A stretch of DNA of 64,000 bases from the human T2T-CHM13v2.0 reference genome, Homo sapiens. Numbering within the stretch: the first letter of the stretch is position 1; each line of letters starts with the position of its first letter. Where the stretch lies: contig CP086569.2 in NCBI GenBank assembly GCA_009914755.4, forward strand, positions 5,856,001-5,920,000, read 5' to 3'. This document shows, piece after piece, positions 57,216 through 64,000 of this stretch. The notes beneath the pieces were generated by a model. It did not search any database. It was not told the origin of the DNA and saw only the letters and a list, made by a program, of their open reading frames with translations. Both the position numbers and the translations under genes were made by a program.

Positions 57216-59042
57216 TTATAGGCTTGATCCCTTTTAGTGTTTAAGTTCTCAAATGATGTTGTTTAACATTTGAATGAGTTTTTGATGGATCTATTTGAAC
57301 ACTGATTGGGGTGGCAAAGATGATTCTTCCGATATCATTGGAAGACTTTGATCATAACTGATCAGGCACTACCTTTAGAAGGTTTTATAATCTTTCATTG
57401 CTCAATAATTGAGTGTCTTCTATGGCAACATGGAATGCAATTGAATTTTATTTTGAACTCTTCTTTATGTCTAGTAACACAGTTTTATATCTTTTTCTAA
57501 ATTCAATTTTCCCTTTTTGGGAGAAAAGCATGTGGGTATTATATAATTCCTAGAAGTCTCTTTCTGTAAGATGGAGGGGGGCTAATATAACCAGAAGGCA
57601 AATGTGAGTCCTTTGACACCTAGTTGAAAAGTTAGTGGCTGAGACTTGTATGCTGATACAGGAGTATTTGTGACACATACCGTTTAAATTTTTTGTTTAC
57701 TCTGAGCAATGGAATCTTGTCATAAGGTGGAATTTCTTACATATAGTGTGGATCCACATCAGCAAGAGCTTGTGCTCACAACAAGAGCTTGCGTTAGTTA
57801 TCTATTTAAAATAATTTTTATTTTTCTCAAAGTGGAAACAGAGACATAAACTTAAGTATATAATTTAAATTTCTTGGCAAAACCAACAGGGTCCTGGTGA
57901 GAATCAGGTAGTTTATTAATTATTTCTTTAAGTTCTACCGTTGACTATGATTGATCTTCTAGGTCAGGTTCTACCCTACCTGATACACGCTGTTGAAGAA
58001 ATGGAGCTAAAACATTAGGAGCAGGAGGAGGCATAGGAAGTAGATCTGGGCAGGTAGTTCAGATATTATCAGATTAAGAAAAGGAGAGGCTGAGAGTGGA
58101 TAAGGAGAAATTTTCAAAGCCTTTTTAAACTCACGAATTGTTCTAGACAAGTTTTTGTTCCTCCTTTTGTAAAGAAATAACTTTATTAGAATGCTTTTTG
58201 GAAACTTCCAAATATCACTGAAAACAACTCTCCCAATTATTCTGTTTAATATGGAGCCAGCCTTTTTTGGATTGAGAATGCAAGTAAATTAGTTTAGGCA
58301 TTTCAAAGGTATCCCAGTTTGGCCACCACAGTTTTGTTTTTTCCACAAGTTATGTGATACCATTTTTTAAAATAGCAACAGGAGGTGGCCCCATAAATGT
58401 TTCACATGATTCCAGCTGTAGTTTCTATATTTGAATCTCTCCTTAAGAGGAAAGACTTGGTTTTGGATAGACTGTTGATTATAATTTGGGTTCTCTTCTT
58501 AAGTGATTCAAGACTGTAAGGGAAATTTTGGCCACACAAAAATGAAGTTTAGACAGTCAATGGGGAAAGGATAATCTCTTCAGTAATTGGTGCATGTGTT
58601 CCCTTTGTGCCCTCGTCAAAAAGTAGTTGAATACATGTGGGCTCTCTCTTCTGTTCCACTGGTCTATGTGGCTGATTTCATCACAGTATGATGCTTTTTC
58701 TAAGGTTTGGTCATAACCAGCACCAAAAAACAGCAAGCTGCGCCATTCCCCCAGCTATTCTACTTCTTCACGCTGCTTAGCTGGGGTTTTGGGGACTTGA
58801 ATTCCCTTGACAGTTTCTCTACAACTGTCTTTCTCCCATTTCTGTGCTGGCTCCATACTAAATGAACAGTGTATCCTTACCACAGCTAGATGTGCCTATT
58901 TTATGTAAATCTAAGTAATTCATTTCAAGATTAAGATATCATTATAAAGCAATTACAACTGGAGATTGTTAATGAATATCTTTCCCTTTATTTGTGTGTG
59001 TCTGTGTGTGTGAGAGAGACAGAGAGAAACAGAGATAGAAAC

Positions 59043-59190
59043 AAGGTCTTACTCTGTTGCCCAGGCTGGAGTGCAGTGGCGTGATTCACAGTAGCCTCAA
59101 ACTCCCAATATTAAGAGATTATCCCACCTCTGCCTCCTGAGTACATGGGACCACAGGCACACACCACTGCATCTGGCTATTTTTATTTTG
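59043..59190 (-). mobile_element. Alu right-monomer-like fragment (antisense) preceded by a (TG/TC)-rich run
   Basis: ggtcttactctgttgcccaggctggagtgcagtggcgtgattcacagtagcctcaaactcccaatattaagagattatcccacctctgcctcctgagtacatgggaccacaggcacacaccactgcatctggctatttttatttt. Confidence 0.75.
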
Positions 59191-59414
59191 GCATAAATAA
59201 GCTCTTATCATATTGTGCACCTGGTCTCAAATGATCCTCGAAAATAGTTTCTAAAGAAGTATTTCTACTTTAGTGCTTACCTGGACTTCATCTGGATTCA
59301 TGTGACCTCCAGGGCTTCATTCAAATTGAAATGTGGAAATAATAAGATTTTTCTTGATTTTTTTTCCCCAGAAAAAGCTCAGGAGCCCTGGCCCTAGTCC
59401 AAGTGGGGCTTAGT

Positions 59415-59637
59415 CATCTTCTGGAATCTGCCCAAGCTGACTGTGAGCATTGACCATGCCATACCCTACCTAGCTCCCAAGGGACCTCTAGGACCTGGGT
59501 TGATCTTCCTGAAGCAGCCACTACATTTTCAACCCCTGGTGTTTCCTCTATGCTTGGAGGAAAGTCTGGAACAGGAGAAATTTACACAACTATATGACTA
59601 TTGGCTATCTAGCTGGTCCCTTATGAGGGCTGAGTAA
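59415..59637 (+). pseudogene. Possible degenerate serine-protease exon (region equivalent to exon 4), frameshifted and without usable splice donor. Low confidence.
   Basis: About 420 bp upstream of the protease terminal exon. One frame gives ..WVDLPEAATTFSTPGVSSMLGGKSGTGE.. (compare kallikrein LQCVDLKILPNDEC..VTDFMLCVG.LEGGKDTCVG). The overlapping frame gives LKQPLHFQPLVFPLCLEES..QEKFT. Stops occur in all frames, and the only GT donor (ga|gtaatg at 59629) is out of phase. Confidence 0.2.
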
Positions 59638-60057
59638 TGAAGAAGACCCTGGGATGGAAGAGAAGCATGTTTGGAAAGAGAATAGTATCCTCTCTTGAAT
59701 AATAAAAAAAAAAAACTGTATTTCTCTTCACCATACTTCCCCCTCTAATCTAGGCTAAATTTGAAAACAAACAAACACAAACACCTCTTCTGTGTTTTCT
59801 ATCAGGAAGTTCTGGAATTCTGCAAAAAGGGCACCTGAGCAACCAACAAGTCAGCCCTTGTGCCCAATTGTGCCCCAAGCTGAATGAATTCACTTTTTGT
59901 GTAGAGGCCAAGACAGCTGTTGGGGAGGCTGGCTGTAAGGGGACAAATTCATGGGGTATGAATGCCAGGAAGAAAGAGGAATATCTTGCACACTAAAAGT
60001 TACTTCTGGCCCTCCTTCAAAATATTGATTCATATCTTGTATCTTTGTTTCTTGCAG

Positions 60058-60246
60058 CGTGACTTGGGAGCACCTTTCGTATGCCATCTACAGCAAAAGG
60101 ACACTTGGGTGCAAGTGGGAATCTTGAGTCACTTTGAGGAGCATTGCACAAAGCCGTGTGTCTTCAGCCAAGTGCACCCTTTTCTTTCTGGCTCCTGGGA
60201 GTGCCATGGCCTAGCCATGCACCCTGGCACCACCAGGGGCCCATGA
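60058..60246 (+). CDS. Terminal coding exon of a chymotrypsin-fold (S1A, trypsin/kallikrein-like) serine-protease homologue. Active-site Ser region is mutated (GDSGGP reads RDLGAP). Likely pseudogene or pseudo-protease.
   Basis: Polypyrimidine tract plus acceptor tatctttgtttcttgcag|CGTGAC at 60057/60058. Phase-0 translation: RDLGAPFVCHLQQKDTWVQVGILSHFEEHCTKPCVFSQVHPFLSGSWECHGLAMHPGTTRGP, stop at 60244-60246. It is colinear with trypsin/KLK C-termini GDSGGPLVCNG.LQGIVSWG...CA...KPGVYTKV..Y..WI (VC, W.Q.GI.S, C..KP.V(F/Y)(S/T).V, SWI-like end). Confidence 0.65.
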   Translation, partial: RDLGAPFVCHLQQKDTWVQVGILSHFEEHCTKPCVFSQVHPFLSGSWECHGLAMHPGTTRGP

Positions 60247-61720
60247 CTACCTCTGCTTCCATGTCCCTTTCAGTCTCTGCTTCTAAAGATGCCTTGACTT
60301 TTATCTCCACTCCCACTTCCATTTGGCCACACTTCATCTCTCTGCCACAGCCTCAGAGTAAGGCTCAAAACCTTGGTAGGCAAAGCCAAAGAAGAAGGTA
60401 ATTGAAATAGAAAAGAGTAGATGGAAGGAGAGAGGAGAGAAAGCTCTTCCTGAAAAATGCACAATATTTTATCTCCCAAATCATGGAAGTTATTTCCTTA
60501 TGGCTTACAAAGGCATTTCATACTTGATATATTATTCAATTTCCATAGTATCCCTATAGATTATGATAGAGATCATTTAACATGATTATTATAGTTATCT
60601 TAAATGTGTATTCTGATACTAGATAAGTAGAATGGATTGATCGATTTCTCATGGCAAAAGATGAATAGGGCTAATATTAAGACACACTCTCCTAACACAA
60701 AGACATTTCTTTACTACCACACAGTAGCTTGCATTTGTAATAGAGTTATTTTAAATTAAGTATATTTTAAGTTAAAGATATTTTGATGTTTGGAAACAGT
60801 GTAATAGTTGGTAAGTAATGAGTTTTAGGTGCTGGTGTACTAGATTGGGTTACGTTGCTATTATCAGTTTCCCCCTTCCTTTGGCTATCAGAAAACCTAT
60901 CACAATATTAGCAATGGCTATTTCACATTACTGTACTTCTACTTGTTTCCTTAGAAATTGAGGGATCTCTTTTGGTCTCATGAGTTAAATGTGCACTTAG
61001 CCACAGCTATTTTATAGCTACCACCTATCGCCATAGTTACAGTGAATAATACACTTAAAACATAAAAGAGGCCATAATTATTTGCTCACATCCTCCAAAG
61101 TCTAACTCAAAGACAACTACACTTAAGATCTTAGTTATGCTTCTAATTTCATCTATACTTCCTTACCCCTTCTACAGACAGGTTATCTTCAACATTTTTA
61201 TCTCTCTCTATATATATATAAACGAGCATTGCTTCAACTCAGTTTTCTGAGGAACGCTAAAATAATTTTAAAAATATGAGCTCTTTCCTGAACCTCAATC
61301 TTGAATTTTCTATTTAAACTATTGGTTTGATATCTCACTAAAATTGTAAGTTTAGGAAGAAAAGCCCCCTCCATTTTAGAGACAGGTGCTTTATCTCCAA
61401 ATTTTTCATTATTTATTAATACATTCAAATCATTACATTTTCTGTTGCCTATCTACTTCAGTGATTTCTGGGTAGCTACAATCATGGATATATAAATGTT
61501 GCAATGGGGGAGAAAGCTGGGATGACTCCCAATATTTTGATTAAAGAAATTTAAGCTATGACATAAAGAAACTATGAACTCAGAAAGATAGTAAGAGGAA
61601 CACTTCTTTTCAAGAAAAATGCATGAACACAAAAGACGTAGAAGTTTGTCTTTGCTGGTCATATTTAACAATGCTAATTTGGTTAGCACAAATAGGAGGG
61701 ATTTAAAACTTAAAAAAATG

Positions 61721-62026
61721 GGCCAGGTGCGGTGGCTCACACCTGTAATCCCAGAACTTTGGGAGGCTGAGGCGGGCGGATCCCGAGGTCAGGAGATCGA
61801 GACCATCCTGGCTAACATGGTGAAACCCCGTCTCTACTAAAAAATACAAAAAAAATTAGCCAGGCACAGTGATGGACATCTGTGATCCCAGCTACTCAGG
61901 AGGCTGAGGCAGGAGAATGGCAGGAACCCAGGAGGCGGAGTTTGCACTGAGCAGAGAGCACGCCACTGCACTCCAGGCTGGGAAACAGAGTGAGGCTCCG
62001 TCTCACAAAAAAAAAAAAAAAAAAAA
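61721..62026 (+). mobile_element. Alu SINE (AluS/Y-like) with long poly-A, in the intron immediately upstream of the His-exon
   Basis: ggccaggtgcggtggctcacacctgtaatcccagaactttgggaggctgaggcgggcggatcccgaggtcaggagatcgagaccatcctggctaacatggtgaaaccccgtctctactaaaaaatacaaaaaa...gtctcacaaaaaaaaaaaaaaaaaaaaa. Confidence 0.95.
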
Positions 62027-62083
62027 GATCTACAGATGGCAATTCTATTCAAATTAGCACAATTAGCTTATTTTTCTCCTCAG

Positions 62084-62219
62084 CTTCAGCAGATCAGATT
62101 TCTCTGCAATATGCCATGCCTTGGCAGGCTGGGATCATCAGCTGTGGCAGTCAGGTCTACAGCGGGTCCATAGTTAGCAGCTCATGGGTTCTCATAGCTG
62201 CCCACTGTGTCAGGAACAT
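62084..62219 (+). CDS. Internal exon of a second S1A serine-protease homologue. The catalytic His-57 motif (WVLIAAHC) is intact. The activation-site IVGG and Cys-42 are lost.
   Basis: Acceptor tttttctcctcag|CTTCAG (AG at 62082-62083) and donor AACAT|gtaagt (GT at 62220-62221). Phase-1 entry and phase-2 exit match kallikrein/trypsin exon 2. Translation: (A)SADQISLQYAMPWQAGIISCGSQVYSGSIVSSSWVLIAAHCVRN. Compare KLK2 ..[48 protein letters not shown]. Confidence 0.7.
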
Positions 62220-62584
62220 GTAAGTTTGTGCCTGCCTCTTCCCATATCCTATGATTTATGATCCCATAAGTACATTGCTGAAGGTTTCTCTGTCCTAATT
62301 CACTTCTATAATACATGAGCATCTCACTTATATGGATAACATTTTTGTTTTAGGCTAAAAAGAAATTTTGTCACAGTGTTTGGCTTATTAGTACCTCTGT
62401 TAGTCAATTCCTCTGCAATCCCCTTGTCTATGAACTCTTTATCCATAGATTTCTGATTTCTCTGAAGATGAGCTAGGGACCTTATGTATCATAAATAAAG
62501 AAATATGCTAGAAAGCCTGATGTAGGTTTAAGGTTCAGGTTTTCTAATGAATGTATTGTAATAAATCTTTGCCTATGCACACAG

Positions 62585-62830
62585 GAGTCCTGAAGACACT
62601 GCTGTGATACTGGGCCTGAGGCATCCTGGGGCACAACTGAGAGTTGTGAAGGTGTCTACCATTCTGCTGCATGAGAGATTCTGGTTGGTGAGTGGAGCAG
62701 CAAGAAATATCCTGGCATTGCTACTCCTCCAAGATGTCCAGACTCCCATTCGGCTCTCAGCACTCCGGCTGTCTGAAGAATCTGAATAGTCCAGAAGGCT
62801 GGCTCTCTGGGGCACAAATTATTACACCAG
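62585..62830 (+). pseudogene. Next exon of the same protease homologue (Asp-102 region). Asp is replaced by Asn and an in-frame TAG lies at 62787-62789 before the donor.
   Basis: Acceptor ctttgcctatgcacacag|GAGTCC (AG 62583-62584) and donor CACCAG|gtcagt (GT 62831-62832). Reading on in phase from the previous exon gives (M)SPEDTAVILGLRHPGAQLRVVKVSTILLHERFWLVSGAARNILALLLLQDVQTPIRLSALRLSEESE* then SRRLALWGTNYYT. It is colinear with trypsin IQVRLGE.NI.V.EG.EQFI.A.KII.HP.Y...T.NNDIMLIKL..A.....V..I.LP...(SGWG): NDIMLIKL versus RNILALLLL, and SGWG versus ALWG. Confidence 0.6.
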
Positions 62831-63291
62831 GTCAGTGTTACTTTTTCTCACTGGGGTAGCAGTTGTAAAAAATAAATGAGATTTGTATTTTTAATATTAT
62901 GTTTCAAGGAGTAACTGTAATCACAATTGTATACATTACTAATAATAAGATGTTTAATCCACACAAGAGACCCACTAGGAAATGTGTTTTTGTTTTATAA
63001 GATGATGGTTCTGATGATAACTTCACAAGATTTTAGATCTGAAAACATTTATATGAGGATCTTTCTCTGTACAGTCAATTTTATAAACCAAAGTAGACAT
63101 GATTGGTTTTCCAACTCTTTGCTAACTTCAAAACAAAGGAAAAAGAAGGTTTTTTGATTTGTTTTCTTTTTACCTCTTTATGAAAATGAAGCTGAACTTG
63201 ACTTGGCATTTGGAATTTCTTAAGTAAAATTTACTTGTTACTTTTGAAGAGTGGCATTTAAAAAGTGATTAAAGAATGACAATGTTGTCCA

Positions 63292-63917
<626 letters not shown>

Positions 63918-64000
63918 TTAATGGTGATAAAATAAACTGAATTTCTCTGTGTAAGTTACACATACAAATGTAATGACGAGACAGTGATAAGACAAATCAA

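Noticed and set aside
61990-62083. N-terminal part of ORF 61990-62223 ([31 protein letters not shown])
   Set aside because: The ATG lies in the Alu poly-A tail and the lysine run is translated A-tail. The real coding segment only begins at the splice acceptor (62083/62084), so the ORF start is an artefact.
59415-62830. Assigning the protease exons to the chromosome 19 kallikrein (KLK) cluster or to a named gene
   Set aside because: Exon phases are KLK/trypsin-like, but the AT-rich, L1-dense, Alu-poor context does not resemble the KLK locus. I cannot recall any named protease with RDLGAP or RNILALLLL, so naming a gene would be a guess.

Overview
This window is not prokaryotic. It reads as primate, almost certainly human, AT-rich interspersed-repeat-dense genomic DNA. 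There are no rRNA or tRNA genes and no CRISPR arrays. The listed six-frame ORFs are almost all translations of transposable-element remnants or of Alu antisense strands. About 70% of the window is recognisable retrotransposon sequence: (1) at least seven LINE-1 copies or fragments of several ages. Two are internally deleted, with a 5'UTR fused to the last ~900 bp. One is a near full-length minus-strand copy at 41.8-47.1 kb. One is an ~8-kb minus-strand copy at 22.3-30.6 kb with younger elements stacked inside it. (2) Four ERVL-MaLR elements (THE1 and MST-like), each with an LTR-internal-LTR layout, plus two solo LTRs. (3) Nine Alu SINEs or fragments, one with a clean target-site duplication. 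(4) A gamma-retrovirus-like (class I ERV) pol remnant on the minus strand at 51.6-55.1 kb. Its RT, connection-domain, RNase H and integrase homology is still readable, and it is truncated by nested L1 insertions. (5) Simple repeats and two copies of an unclassified LTR-like repeat. The only host-gene-like signal is at 59.4-62.8 kb on the + strand. Three to four exons have canonical splice sites and encode chymotrypsin-fold (S1A, trypsin/kallikrein-like) serine-protease homology. They appear to belong to two tandem loci. An upstream locus contributes its terminal exon, in which the GDSGGP motif reads RDLGAP. A downstream locus contributes its His-57 exon (WVLIAAHC) and its Asp-102 exon (Asp replaced by Asn), which carries an in-frame stop. 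These look like degenerate protease pseudogenes or catalytically dead homologues. They are the most interesting feature here. I cannot assign them to a named gene from the sequence alone.
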